Assembly: GCF_037042905.1 (NCBI RefSeq)
Contig: NC_087245.1
Span: 13,394,001 to 13,458,000 of the forward strand
Reading direction: 5' to 3'
DNA: 64,000 bases
Source of the DNA: Lytechinus pictus
Taxonomy: Eukaryota
Under the pieces are notes generated by a model. It did no database searches. It was not told where the DNA came from and was given only the letters and a program-made list of their open reading frames with translations. This document shows positions 50,851 through 64,000 of this stretch, piece by piece (within the stretch, counting starts at the first letter, position 1; each line of letters opens with the position of its first letter). The translations under genes were made by a program, and so were the position numbers.

Positions 50851-53800
50851 AATGTTGCTGGAATAAAGACCCGACTGAAGTGCCACAACTGGCATTTATC
50901 TTTAAGTAATCTCCTAGGAAGATTTTTGAGGGTATGGGATGAAATGAATTACGGTCACTTTAAAATATTTCACTTTTTTGAAGTACAAATGATATTCAGG
51001 CACAATTTTTTTTTTCTGGGCTACACTTTTATAACATCACAGACACAGGTGATGACTGGGACCTAGCAGCTCTTATTTTTTCAAGTCAAATCAATAATAC
51101 CATATGCCTGGAATATTTCAAATGTACATATGGCCCTCAACACAAAATGTTTGGTAAATGAATCAAAAAGAAAGATTTCATTCAACATAGAATAGTTTCA
51201 CACTTTTGGCAAGGGTGTGAGATTGCTACATGTACACCTTACCTTGGTTTTGTTACATTATGATAAAAGGTACGATATACCGAAAATCTTTCACTTTAAT
51301 ATGCCAATTAACTTTAATTTTATATGTAAGTCTCTAGCAAACCTTGCATACACTACAAAAATGTTACAACTGATTTCAAAATATTCATTCCATCTTTTTA
51401 TGTTATAGAGCCCTAAATGGCAAATATATGGTTACAAAAATCTGACATTAAAAATATAATGAAATTCAGTTTATAGTAGGTTGATAATCGATTCACTTTC
51501 TTTCGTGAAAGATTAAACCCTATCGATATCAGTTCATTCTTTAATTTGATCAATAACATAATCATGTGTGATGCGACAGCTAAAATCAATACCAATTTTT
51601 AAACTTGATATTGGATATAAACAAAAAACATTATCTTATAATTCACAAAAATATTTGCACCATAACAGATCTCCATTTATCAAATGTTTGGATTTTCTCA
51701 ATCAATTCATCCCTTTTCACAGCTGAAAAGTATAATTTACCCTATCGTTCCAACACTTATAGGCTACTCATCTTTTTAAAAGAACCATGCAAATCTCTCT
51801 GAAACACACAATTCCCACATTGAAAACATCAGAATTTTTCACCCCAAAATTCTCTAATATTTAGGGAATCTTGACAATCAGGGAGATTGTCCTGCCCACC
51901 TATTGCCAATCAATAAACAAACCTCATTTACTTCCTTCTAAGTTAGAAATCGCCATGAATTATATTTATGAATTTTAATTACAAATGTCTAGTCTCCAAG
52001 TCCAATATCATTCAATTGTACCGATTTTCACTGCTGAAGCTCAAATTCACCAAGTTCCATTGTTGAAAAGAGAATTACTTTCTAGAGCATCTATTGCATG
52101 CCACAAGTAAATAAATAAAGTAATGACACATTTAAAAATTGATTTGTATTCTCCAATACTAATTATGGTGACTTTAAAGACTTTTCAACTGTTGAACCTC
52201 ATCAAATGCATCATTTTTCAGAGCTGAAGAATGCAATAAAGCTGAAGTGCCTGAATATCACACTGTTCAGCCGTATTGCATGGTAACAAACCCATCTTTT
52301 TATCTTAAAAATTGAAAATGCAATAAATATGTGCAAATTTTAATAGACCAATAAAAATGATTACAGATGTCCCCCTATTAAATCAATTTACTTTATATTT
52401 GCTGTTGAAACTCTTTGAGTTCAGCATGTTTCATAGCTGACAAAGAGTTCACAAGAAATCGTCAGTGAAGCCTATCTACAGTTACATGGCACAGTAGCTT
52501 ACGGCTTGTGAACCTACTCGCGCTGGGTTCGATCCAAGAAAACATGAATTTTGATACCTCATTTTCAGACTAAGGAATGACTGTCTTGCTTCAGGAGCAG
52601 TGAGACCAAAGTTCAGAGGGGTCGCAGGGTCAGTATCCTGTCACCTTAGCGATATTGCAGTGACCTCATCAAAGGAGGTCATCGGTTTGCATAGGCTGAT
52701 AGCTATACACCAGCACCACACACTGCAGGCATTCTAGTCTTCGTCCTCAGACCTAATACCTCATACCACCATGCAAACCTTCAAACATCAACTAATACCT
52801 CATATTGAAACTATACTATTTCACATGTAAAATCTTCTTTTTTTAATCCCTTTACATTAGGGTTTTGTAAGAATAAATAATGGCCTAATATATAAAGGGA
52901 TCACCTTTGGAAATCAGTGGTGATTTTTTTTTTTGGGGGGGGGGGCAGGGAGGGGTCTTGAAAGTAACTTCAGTCAGGCTGATTTTATTAGACCTTATTA
53001 TACAAACCCATCTACATGAACATGTATCACATAAGTTCACCATTATGAAATACTGTTACTCTCACTGATGAAAGTGGGCCTACTGCAGTCATTTCCTATA
53101 GTTTAGGCTTTTTTTGAACGCATCATGCATTGCTTTAGTTCATATCAGTGACACCACTACGCCTACATGTGTATAATTATATATTCATGGCAAAATATGT
53201 ATATTGATATCTGATATGGGATTAAAATGAAACTAAAAAGAAAATAACTCCAAAAAGTCTATATTCTGGTATACACTGTAGTGTCTTCTACTCCCCTACC
53301 ATAAAGTAGTCAAATCCATCAGTTTGAAGGTCCTTTATGAAACACTATCACAGCGATTTTCTTGCTCAAAGTAAACCACCATCGTAATCTCATTTAGTTA
53401 AAAAAAAGCAACAATAAAAACACTTGTGAAGCTTTGACCAGGCAGGAACTGGAAAGACATAAAATCAGTATATCTGACAGATATTACAAGACAAATAAGA
53501 ACAACTCATTTCTGACCTTCGAGGAAGATGGGTACCAACAAGCAGCCTACAGGCCTATTGGGTTCTAAAGAGAGAAAATCTTACACACACTAAATTATAA
53601 ATCCTGATTTTTGTTTTTAATTCTTGATTTGGTTTTGAGGTCCTCATTGACCACCTCTTTCAATTTACAAGTTAAATCAAAACAATTTCCTAACAAAAAA
53701 GACTTACATATTTTAGAGGAAAAACACTTCCATCTTCCTGACCTCATTTCATTCCTTTCCATCTTGAACAAAACCCTGGACAATACCCCCAGAAGGCATG

Positions 53801-56527
53801 CATAGCAAGCAGCAGCACTTGAAGACGGTATGCGCAAGAGAGCTGAAAAGAGAGACTAAAAAGCGGGCCAGTGCCGTGGGCTCTCGCACCATGCACAGCA
53901 TGCTCTCCCACTCTAATTACTAGCTGGGTTAAAGTGCAGTGCAGACACGCACTTGCTTTCCATTATACATGTAAGAAGCATTCACACCACACAAACATGA
54001 CCCCCGTGTGAACCTGAATACTAAATTAGCAGGGGCAACAACCAGTCCAGACACTCCCTTAGTCCAGTCCCCATCAACAATTTATCACCAGGATTGATTG
54101 GTGACTGGACGGAACTAATCCCTATAGGTGGTCATTCATGGATCAATATTCAATTCAATATGGAAAGGAGAAATGTTCTGCTCATATGAGACTGAATTGT
54201 GAATGAAACTGTTTCAAACATATAGGCCCTCTATTGTAAAATAGAATTTAATATGGACCGCTATATGTACATTCTATAAGATTTTGGAATCATCAAAATG
54301 ACTGAAATAGAATATAATAAAACTAGTTTGCCGAAATTCACATGTACTACACACAATTGCATGTATGGGACTACACACATATATTTGGTCACTATATTTC
54401 ACCTACATGTACTATTTTATATTTATATTGACTAAAGGTATCTGTAGAGAGGCTTTATCCCACAGTAATTTAGTTAATTTTTTCTGTCCCTGTCATTCCA
54501 ATGGTTATTTCTTCTCTTGTATTGTTAACTGAAAAGTGTTGTTCTTTGTATTTTTTTTAGCCGAATATATAATTATAACATTCTTCCTGTGAAAGAATCT
54601 GAAAGCTCACAGCGATTGTACTTTAACCTTATCCACAACCTGAGGTTCCCTTTAATAAAAATTAAAAAATCCATTAGCACTTTCATTTTTTACCAGATCT
54701 GACCATCCCCCTGCTAGTGCATTCCACAACAATGTACTGCCTCCATGGTTGAAGAATCACTCTTTCTTCGGCTTAGGTCATTTATCTCTGACTAATCGAG
54801 GAATTCTTAGCAAATTCTGACTTGGCTATTGGCTAGACACTTTTTATGACATCATAAGCTTCAAATTGGACTAAACACACACAATCAGGTTTTGGAATAG
54901 GACCTAATACCTATTAAAAGTCTCTGGCTTGGTTAAACAGTGTAAACCTATAACTAACTACCATAGCAATAAAGATAAATAATACCAAGATCCAGGACTC
55001 ATAAGCAAATTTGATTGCTGGGGATATACACCTAGTAAAAATAAAAATAATTTTACATGGCATGTGTGTTTTTAAAACAAAACAATAATAGCACAATAAT
55101 GAGAAGGGAGAGGAGACATAATAAGAATGAAAAAAGGAGCAAGAAGAGGGAGAATGAGGGATAGAACTGTATGACTTTTAAAAAGTTTGAGTACCTTTAA
55201 TGGTTGAAAGGTTCAAAATAAAAAGAAGCAGGCATTGGCAAAGAGATTGGAAAAATTCAATCCGGTATGAATGCAGCCCTCTACATTAAAATGCGGACAG
55301 CCCGAAGACTATAAATTTTGCAGCCAGCTCAACGATAATCTTGACATCAAAGTTGGGCATGCATAATGCATGCTGCATGTCTATACTGCAGCTATACACA
55401 CATATTCCACATTTCCCACAATTTCTGACATGATAGCAGACACTGGATACAGAATGCTCCCTGAAAATATTCATGAAATTCCAACATGTAACCTAGGCAT
55501 CCTGATTAGTAACCGATGAATATGATGTATCTTCATTCATATCGAATGGTGAAGATTGTGACACTCATTCATGCAACTGTAACTGTGATGTAGACAACAT
55601 TATAGTTTTACATGTATATATTTGCTTGTTAATTTCTTTGGAGTACATGTACTTGCTTACTTTAGTTTTTAAAACAATTATATACAAAGATATAATTGAT
55701 TTGGAGATGTGCCCCTTGCATCAGGTCATGCTACCAAACAAAGCAGAAAGAACTACTGAATATTAAATTTGATGGACAACCTTCTCCCAACACCAAAGAA
55801 AAAGGGAAGAAAGATAAAAAGAAACAAACACAGAATATAATCACCCACATCCTGATGAATCTTTGAACAAAGTGAGTGTGTCAGTGAACTGTAAAATCCT
55901 CTTGAACAATCGGCTTATTGATCTTCATTGATTTCTAACCCTCATAGTATTCAACTCACAAACTGTGACCACACTATCTTTTCCTCTTTACTGGTTGGAT
56001 TAAAATAAAAAAAATTTCCATTTCAATTATAACATACACCTCTTCTCTACCTCAGCAAGACAACAGTCACAACACCATGTACAGAATGCATTATTCTAGC
56101 AGGTAACAAATTCATCTTAACAGTATGTTGTAAAATAAAATGATAATTTTTTTTATTACATAGATGAAATTCAATCAGTTCTACCAGCCAGAGATAAACA
56201 ATTAACAGTGTTCAATATTTCCACAATGTGAATTGTATATTAATGAGAAATAAATCAATTCCCATCAAACATGCCCAGAGTCAGAATGGGATTTAGCATA
56301 CACTGTAGAAAGTCATTTAAAAAAGGTTATTGCCCCTCCACTGGCTACATGTATGTCATGATTAATTAAACTTCAATTATTTTTTCAAATTAAAAACTAA
56401 TTAACTAAATGAGACAGCACTTAACTTCACTGAATATTTAAAGATGCTTCAAATAAAACCATTATACAATATATTGCGCACTATCATTAATCGCTATGTA
56501 ATTCAATAAAATAAAACACTAAATGTA

Positions 56528-57033
56528 TATGCTTTTCACACTACAGAAATTGTCCTTAACCCCGGGAAATGGGTGGGGCTAAGGGGGCCTCAGCCCCACT
56601 AATTTCCTGGGGTTAAAGCTTAGCCCACTTCGGTTTCACACAACATGTTTTACCAAAGTGGACTAGCATGGTAAATAGTACAGTACTATCTGGCCCTGCT
56701 AAAAAGCAGGATTAGCCGGCTTATTGCGGTGCTAGCACCACGATCGCGGTGCTTAGAAATGCAGTCTGAAACCAAACCGGACTATTGAAAAGTGGGGCTA
56801 AGCATTAGCCAGTCACAAAAGTCAAAATTGCACATTAATTACACGCTGTGTGGAAAAATCATCAATTTTATTCATGATCTGTGCGACAGTCCGTGGTTTA
56901 GGCATTAACCCCGGCTAAGCAAATATGGTAGTATGGGGTTAAGTCTAGAAAGACAGTGTGAAACAAAAACAAAGATAGTATGGGTTAAGGATGGTATGGG
57001 GTTAAGAAAATGCAGTATGAAAAGCAAAGCATA
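56528..57033. mobile_element. Harbinger-like MITE, family B, inverted copy
   Basis: TATGCTTTTCACACT ... TGCAGTATGAAAAGC; internal sequence is the reverse complement of 42851-43348. Confidence 0.85.
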
Positions 57034-58184
57034 TGTAACTTTATGAATTTACTTATTAGTAACTTTCAATTGGCTACATGTAAAACATGTTCTTAAAATT
57101 CTTAAACAGAACATCATCTGGAAAGTGGAGACAAAATTATATTTTCTATTCAACTATAGCTTTAAGAAAAAAAGCGCAGAAGGATCAAAGAATGAAAATG
57201 GTCACTTGTATGGCTTTAAATAGGTTCAATTCATTTTACAATAAAAAGCTGAGTATCAGTACATGTACTTGTACCATCCTTTTGCAAATCTAATGAACAT
57301 GACAAAAGGTGTTACTGGGTACATTTTTAAAATCAACATGACAATACCTCTCACATTCAGAGCCAACTCATGCTTGTAACATTTTGTACAAACAAAAAAC
57401 ACTTGATCAGATCAAGAAGATTCTATGACTAGAGTTCAAACAGGCAACAAATTTATTCAAGCAGCTGTTCATTTCTAAAGAAGCACAAAAGAAAGAACGG
57501 CAATAAGGACCTTTTGATGTCCGCCTTCGAAGCCACCAGTTTCAGTGAAGAAAGCAGAGGGGTGAAATTTTACGAATATCCATTTGTATCAATTTTCCAT
57601 CTTTCATATTAATAAACAAACTGAAATTTGAATGCATGACAAAGCATCAATAACCAAGCACTATTACGACGAGATATTTGCCCAGATTATATCAATTAAC
57701 CTGTAATTAGTGAAAAAAGAAAGAATTTGACCTTTCCTGAAACCAGATTTTAACACTTTTCCGATCGTTTGCGGCGAATGAAAATTTCAAATGTGGTCTG
57801 TAGAATATTGTTGTTCATTACTGTATATGCCAGATGAGTGCCCGCTCATGCCCAGTCGAGCAAATTTGAGTCATATTTCAGGACATATTGAATAGTTTAT
57901 TTTTGCATGCCTCCGAATTATGTACTACACATATAACCAGACCAAGATGCGGCGAAAAAGTAATTATCATCACAAAAACATATTTCCCTTTATGTATGAC
58001 CTATAGCTGCGGAGTCATGCGGGAATCATTTGTCTACACAATTGCAAGAGATGTTGAGCAAAGTGCATGCCTGACATACTTTCTGCTGGCGGCTTTTAAC
58101 CTTGTTCAAAGAGATTTTATTTGCTGTTACTCCATCTCATTTGATACCACCTTGCTCAGATGATGAAATCTATGTAAATGTAGC

Positions 58185-58418
58185 CACTGGAGGATCCAGG
58201 GGGGCACAGCCGTCCTGTGTCCCCCCCCCCTTGAGAGGCATAATTAAAATCTGTAATGTAAAAATGCTGTTAAAACAGAAGTGTGCCCCCCCCCCCCCTT
58301 TGAAAGTAAAGACTTTTTTTTAGGAAATCCCCTTAATTTTTGGTTAAAACCCTTTTTCTTTTTTTGCTTGTCAAATTTTTCCTTGGAAAAATGTGCCCCC
58401 CCCCCCTTCCTGCCCCTG
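58185..58418. mobile_element. Short hAT-type MITE
   Basis: Perfect 8-bp TSD AATGTAGC (58177-58184, 58419-58426); degenerate ends CACTGGAGGA / TCCTGCCCCTG; TGTGCCCCCCC subrepeats. Confidence 0.8.
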
Positions 58419-58953
58419 AATGTAGCCTACATATTCCCTTCCAAATAGAGTGGAAATCTAATATCAATAGAAAAATTATCTAGTATGTAAGCAAATCATG
58501 TTCAGAAAACTATGAAATTAAAGTTAAGCTAAATTCAGACCTTGACTATAACTTAAGTAAATCTCACTTTTTCTGACATTGATGTGCGGTAGATTTCAGT
58601 ACAATGAGAGCAGATGGTTCAAACCCCTCTCAAAGGTTAGTCGGACAAAGGAGTTAATGATACGGCTGTAAATTACACCCGTTTCAATTACTTCCTACAA
58701 TAACAGGCATTTACTTCCTTTGTGCTTGTAATATGCCATTCCGTTTTTTATGTGGCAGGACAGACATGAGATAGTGATGATTTACAGTTGTTTCATGCCT
58801 TCTTCATTCATTCTTCATCTCATTCTTGTAACAATCTCAAATCTTGCTTTAGTGTACATCTACAATTCTACACAGCCCCCCCCCCCCCCTCTCTCTCTTT
58901 CTTTCTCCCTCCCTCTCTATCATTCTTTCTCTCTTGAACTTACTCTCTATTAG

Positions 58954-59504
58954 TACTGTTTTCAAACTGGCCTCAAATACCGCTACAGTCCTGGAACTGT
59001 CCCACAACTGTAGTGGTGTTGCCTTCAATGTGAATTCTCGGACCCGCAATTAACTACCCAGGGATAAACTTGCCTCGCTATAGCCCCGCAAAACAAACTA
59101 TCAGCCCCGAGACTGTAGCGGTGTTCCTTCAGTGTGAAGGCACACCGCTACAACACTGGGATGAACCACTTTTGATATGTTTACTACAATGTGGGGGTGT
59201 CATAGTCTCGTGGTTATTGCTCTCTTCTTTCAATCTGAAGGACATGGGTTCGATTCGCCGCCCTCAAGTATTTCCGGTGTTTAAGAGTCGGGTCACTTTA
59301 ATACAGGGTCACAAGCCTACACGTGTTTGTTACAGAGGTCATAAAAATTACCTGCTGCGCTGGTGTGAATGGATAAATGAAATTTATCCCAGGGCTGTGC
59401 CAGGATAACTTTTCAACTGCGGATGCATTTATGGCGCGTTTCTAGCGGTGTCGCCATCCCGCGACAGCAACGGGATAACATTTAAAACCAGCGTGAAGAC
59501 TGTA
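58954..59504. mobile_element. Degenerate TIR element containing a tRNA-like segment
   Basis: Imperfect TIR TACTGTTTTCAAACTGG / CCAGCGTGAAGACTGTA; ACCGCTACA/TGTAGCGGT subrepeats; A/B-box-like motifs at 59203 and 59247. Confidence 0.55.
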
Positions 59505-61336
59505 TTAATTTCTAATGTTTTTCTCTCCCTATATCCCTCTTCATCCCACTCTCTTCCTTACCTCTTCTTCTACATGTATAATTTTTGCACCTTTTCTATC
59601 AATCATTTCCTCTAAATTTAGGTCAATTAATTAATTTGTAGCTGGCCTTCTGAAATAACCTTTAACATTCCTATCCCCTAACGTTCAAATTAAGTTTAAC
59701 ACTGATACAGCAGGACTAGGACCTACATGTATTTCACAGGCTTGTAATAGGCTACAGTGCATTTCAGTTCAGTTTCAATGTGTTTCAATAGTGTCATTCC
59801 ATAAAGTGTTATGGCACCCATATTTTGTTTGCCCTTTAATTTTGTACATTTGCATATGTTTATTAAATCATATCTACATGTACGTGAAAGTGAGGAGTCC
59901 AATGCATAGTCTCTTTAGCTAGGTTCAATCAGGAGAGAAAATGAAAAAAACCTTCACTCTGCACTGGGTTGCTTTCATCAAACTTCTCCCCTCACAGCTC
60001 GCCCCTCTCATAGAAGCTTCCTCCCACATGAACCCAACATGACAACAACCTCCATATTTGACAATTCTCAGAAAATGAAACTTCCTCCACTTTCTCAGCT
60101 CTCCCTATTCCTTCAATGACCAGATATGTTGCTTGTACGCAAACAGTTTTCTTTTTCTCTCTCCCTTGTTGAATATATGACTAAAACAACAGGACTACTT
60201 TCAAACTAAAAAAAAAAAAAAACAGCTGATTTTAAAAGTTAATAATCTCATTTGACCAAGTTTTCCCAACAGGACCCCCCCCCCCCCCCACAAAAAAGAG
60301 AGAAGATTTGTACTGTAATGTTTTTTTCATTCTAAAATCATTGTTTACTTGTAGATACATGTAGTTATTGTACTCAACAATGTTGTAATGGCATCTCAAT
60401 ATTTACTACCCTATCAAACCACCACTTAATGAAGGCTATATTTTTTTTAATGTATTTTTTGTATTTTTACTGCATTCATACGGTACTTCATCACCCATGC
60501 ATCCAACGATCAATGCTCTTTAATGTGACATTGTTGATGTGACTTTGGTGACATAAGATTGCAAGTAGGTAGGCCTGCATAATTAATTCAATCAACATAA
60601 AATATTCACTAATTCTTTATTGAAGTCTTGAATAACAGACATCTATGATGCTTCAGGGCCTTGGAAGCAAACTGTGTATAAAAAATATGTTTCATTATAT
60701 CAACTACACATCTTTATTTCCAAATCGTTGGTTGAAACATACTAACAGTTGATTTATAGGTGCAGGCCTCTAGTTTGTTAAAAAGGGGTCTGATTTCGAA
60801 ACCTAAAGAAGATGCAAGTTGTGACTTTGCTGGACTCGAATTGCAAGATCCATTTGTTGAATTAGGTGCACTTTGGGTCTGTTGATTTAGACTACATTAG
60901 GGGCTGTGTCAACCAGAACACAACACAAGGAAGATGTAATTAGTAGCCTTTATTCAGACCTCTGCAAAACTGAAATGTGTTTATACTGTGAAGATCAAGA
61001 AAGAATCAAGTCAACCAACATACTTGATAACTTGCAGTGTCCAAAAATGGACACACTTTCTATTCTAACAAATTGTTTAAAGCCCTTTGTGTGAACTATT
61101 TCTGCCAGGGCCTGGTTACATAGATATAAAACTTGTATCAGGCACTCTACCGCACACTGAAAGGGTCTGTGCAAGCAAACTACTATACAAGTGGCTGTGG
61201 GTCACTGGACTTTGATAGAATGGGGGGGTCATGTGACTTGGTGGACAAAGTTCATATCATAAAACAATTGATGAATCCAATTATTTGAGTATTAGGGTGG
61301 GCTGATAACTACATGTATGGAAAGTGGAAGTTAAAA

Positions 61337-62547
61337 AGGTAAAGTCCCCCCAGAAAAAATGTTGATTTTAATCAATATAAAAAAATCAAACAAGCATAAT
61401 GTTCACTTCAAATTTCATCCAAATCGGATGTAAAATAAGAAAATTATAACAGTTTAAAGCTTCGTTTATTTTTCACCAAATAGTATATGCTCAACTCGGT
61501 GATATGCAAACGAGAGAATCAATGATGCCCATCACTCACTATTTCTTTTGTGTTTTATTGTTTGAATTGTACAATATTTCAATTTTTACAGATTTGACAA
61601 TAGGCCTAATGACCAATATGACCATACCAAAAAAAAAGGTTAAATCAATTGTCATTCCATGTATTAAGGAATAAATCACATGACAATGAGGAGAAAATTG
61701 AGATATTTCATATTTATAATACAGTAATGAAAAACAAAAGAAAGAGTGGGTGACGTCATCAGTCCCCTCATTTGTATACCGATCAGGATGTGCATGTACA
61801 TGTAACTGTTTTTGTGAAATTAAGTGAAACTTTTAAAGGACAAGTCCACCCCAACCATTAGTTGATTTGAATAAAAAGAGAAAAATCCAACAAGCATAAC
61901 ACTGAAAATTTCATCAAAATCAGATGTAAAATAAGAAAGTTATAGCATTTTAAATTTTCGCTTAATTTCACAAAACAGTTATATGCACATCCTGGTTGGA
62001 ATGCAAATGAGAAGACTGATGACATCATCCAATCACTATTTCTTTTGTATTTCATTATATGAAATATGAAATATTCTAATGTTCTCCTCATTGTCAAGTG
62101 AAACAAAGATTAATTCCTCCCTGAACGCGTGGAATTAGCATTGTTTTGATACTATATGGTTCAGTCAAGTTGGTCAAATCTGTAACAAAAGAAATATTGT
62201 ATAATTCAAACAATAAAAAACAAAAGAAATAGTGAGTGATGGACATCATCCACTGTCTCATTTGCATGTCACTGAGATGTGCATATAACTGTTTTGTGAA
62301 AAATATGCGATACTTTAAAATGTCATAACTTTCTTATTTTACATCCGATTTTGATGAAATTTTTAGCGTTTTGCTAGTTTGATTTTTCTCTATTCATTCA
62401 AATCATCATTTTTCTGAGGAGGACTTGACCTATAAATGTCACAACTTTCTTATTTTACATCCGATTTTGATGAAATTTTGAGTGTAATGCTTGTTGGATT
62501 TTTCTCCTTTTATTCAAATCAACTTTTTGTTGGAGTGGACCTATCCT
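61337..62547. mobile_element. Kolobok-type MITE family A, older outer copy
   Basis: AGGTAAAGTCCCCCCAG ... GGAGTGGACCTATCCT|TTAA, split at its internal AACTTTAAAATGTC site. Confidence 0.8.
61837..62431. mobile_element. Kolobok-type MITE family A, nested inner copy in inverted orientation
   Basis: TTAA|AGGACAAGTCCACCCC ... GGAGGACTTGACCT|ATAA; host sequence resumes ATGTCACAACTTTC. Confidence 0.85.
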
Positions 62548-62863
62548 TTAACAAATAGAGGCTATTTATGTGTATGATAAACATGAATGACTGAAATGAC
62601 ACTAATCTTCATGAACTGAATAAGTTTTAAAATCTAAATTTGAATATTCAGATGAAAAGTGTATTCAGGGATAATTTTTGAATGATGAATCGTTGATGCC
62701 TGGACTCTGGTTGAAATTTGCTGATGGCAGAGTAGAAAATATCATAGTCATCTAACCTATCGTCTTGGCATAAATCATTAATGTCAGCTAGATGATGAAT
62801 CCGCTTGGTTCAAATATTAGTCTCCTCTTCAGATGAACGAAAAGTCTATTCTTTCACATCATA

Positions 62864-62928
62864 GGCTTGGAGGTTTAGTGGGATAGCACCTGACTCATGA
62901 CAAGGAGGTTATGGGTTCAATACCCCAG
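62864..62928 (+). mobile_element. tRNA-derived SINE head fragment
   Basis: GGTTTAGTGG (A-box-like), CTGACTCATGA, GGGTTCAATACCC (B-box-like). Confidence 0.45.
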
Positions 62929-63070
62929 TTAATTCATATCAAAGACTTATTAAATGTTAACCCTTCTTTATTCTTGTCAAGAACTTTGCAGAACAGGGAC
63001 TGGAGAAAAGCAAGCGGGGCGCACTGGAAGATCAGCTAGCTGCCTAAATAGCTGAAGTGAGTAGATTTAC

Positions 63071-63160
63071 CCTGATAAAATCATAATCATCATGCTCTAC
63101 AGTATACCATCTCTCTTCAAATTTAAATATTACATCTGGCTTTGGGTCAAAGGTCCCCAT
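63071..63160 (-). CDS. Candidate first coding exon MGTFDPKPDVIFKFEERWYTVEHDDYDFIR
   Basis: Strong Kozak context AAGATGG, 30 open codons of protein-like composition, donor AGG|GTAAAT (phase 0). No homology recognised. Confidence 0.25.
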
Positions 63161-63196
63161 CTTTGCACAGCACTGTCCTTTATCAAGACATTTAAT

Positions 63197-63959
63197 AGAG
63201 AGTTTTAGAATGAGCGAACGAGAAGGTCTTATTAGTCGACTGATCATGTGTGTCAACGTACATGTAGTCGTCTGTCTCTGTTCACTACAGATACATTCTA
63301 GAATTCACTCGACTTGTACGTGTACGTACGTCCACAAGAAAGAGCGTGATAACTAACAGGTCTTGACACGCTGACAAGCCCGGAAGATCAGGGGAGCGTT
63401 TCATGAAAGGACTTGTCGGACGTTTTATCTGACAAGTCCTGTTTTATCCGACAGTTACTATAGTAACAGTGCTTCTCAACCAATCAGAATCCAGGAAAGT
63501 TGTCAGATCTGACAACTTGTCGGACGAAAATATTGATGAAACGCCCCCCCTGGCGTACCATTGCGTCACGACCCTGTCTGGTGATGCGAAGGTGCAATCT
63601 GTACTCACTTGCTTTTATTCCTTTTTACATGAGTAGGAGATCTAGCGATATATATTTTGGAGTTCAGTAAACAATTTTACATACGATAAACAAATTAATT
63701 TTGTGAAAAGTCACTAAAAACTGTGTTTTATAAGGGGAAAGGATCCATTGCAATTGATCTTCTTGCTGAGCTTGAACGGTTGAAATGACGTCACTCACAT
63801 GCACATCGACTATGATTTAGGAGAAAGGCAGAATGGAGGTGGCGAGGTTTTTAATTTTGATAGTCGGCGAGGGTGAGGACCTGATGCATATGACAGGCAA
63901 AAAAAATGATGTCATCTTGTACCAGTCGTCTATGTGGACATATGATTCTAAAAGTCTCT
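63197..63959. mobile_element. MITE family F, copy 2 (AT-flanked, ISL2EU/Harbinger-like)
   Basis: AT|AGAGAGTTTTAGAAT ... ATTCTAAAAGTCTCT|AT; homologous to 50239-50850. Confidence 0.8.
63392..63549. mobile_element. ~158-bp Harbinger-type MITE nested in family F copy 2
   Basis: TIR GGGAGCGTTTCAT / ATGAAACGCCCCC; flanks CAG / CTG; the empty site (GATCTGGCG) is present in copy 1 at ~50661-50670. Confidence 0.85.
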
Positions 63960-64000
63960 ATTAACTCTGCATTTGGAACTCTTCACCCAGGTGCAAATAC

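Noticed and set aside
53595..53960. Possible minus-strand exon with GTAAGT donor at ~53707
   Set aside because: Phase does not match the 27878 acceptor and there is no independent support.
15773..62106. Recurrent peptide LILHPILMKFSVLCLLDFSLFIQIN in three ORFs
   Set aside because: Chance frame in the subterminal arm of MITE family A, not a gene family.
63128..63145. KPDVIF similarity to a KRAB-B box
   Set aside because: Six residues only, lacking the rest of the motif; probably coincidence.

Overview
AT-rich eukaryotic (metazoan) genomic DNA, not prokaryotic. The repeat families and TACATGTA-rich background suggest a sea-urchin-like invertebrate deuterostome (inference only). No complete gene, autonomous transposase, rRNA or CRISPR array is visible, and almost all ORFs in the track are spurious (microsatellites or repeat copies). 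The window is dominated by non-autonomous DNA transposons, many nested. These include a 6.5-kb foldback element (2917-9390) with ~193-bp satellite arms and a nested hAT-type insertion, and a 3.5-kb element bounded by 448-bp long terminal DIRECT repeats that each carry short TIRs (9963-13493). There are also self-nested Harbinger- and Kolobok-type MITEs and two Helentron/HINE-type elements. One convincing minus-strand coding exon lies at 27717-27878, with a phase-compatible candidate start exon at ~49110, so much of the window is probably intronic. Most notable: two short scars matching the P-element 17-nt-overhang excision footprint (3319, 40690), the direct-repeat-bounded element, and roughly 20-fold excess of TACATGTA and related TA-NN-N'N'-TA octamers that may be excision footprints.
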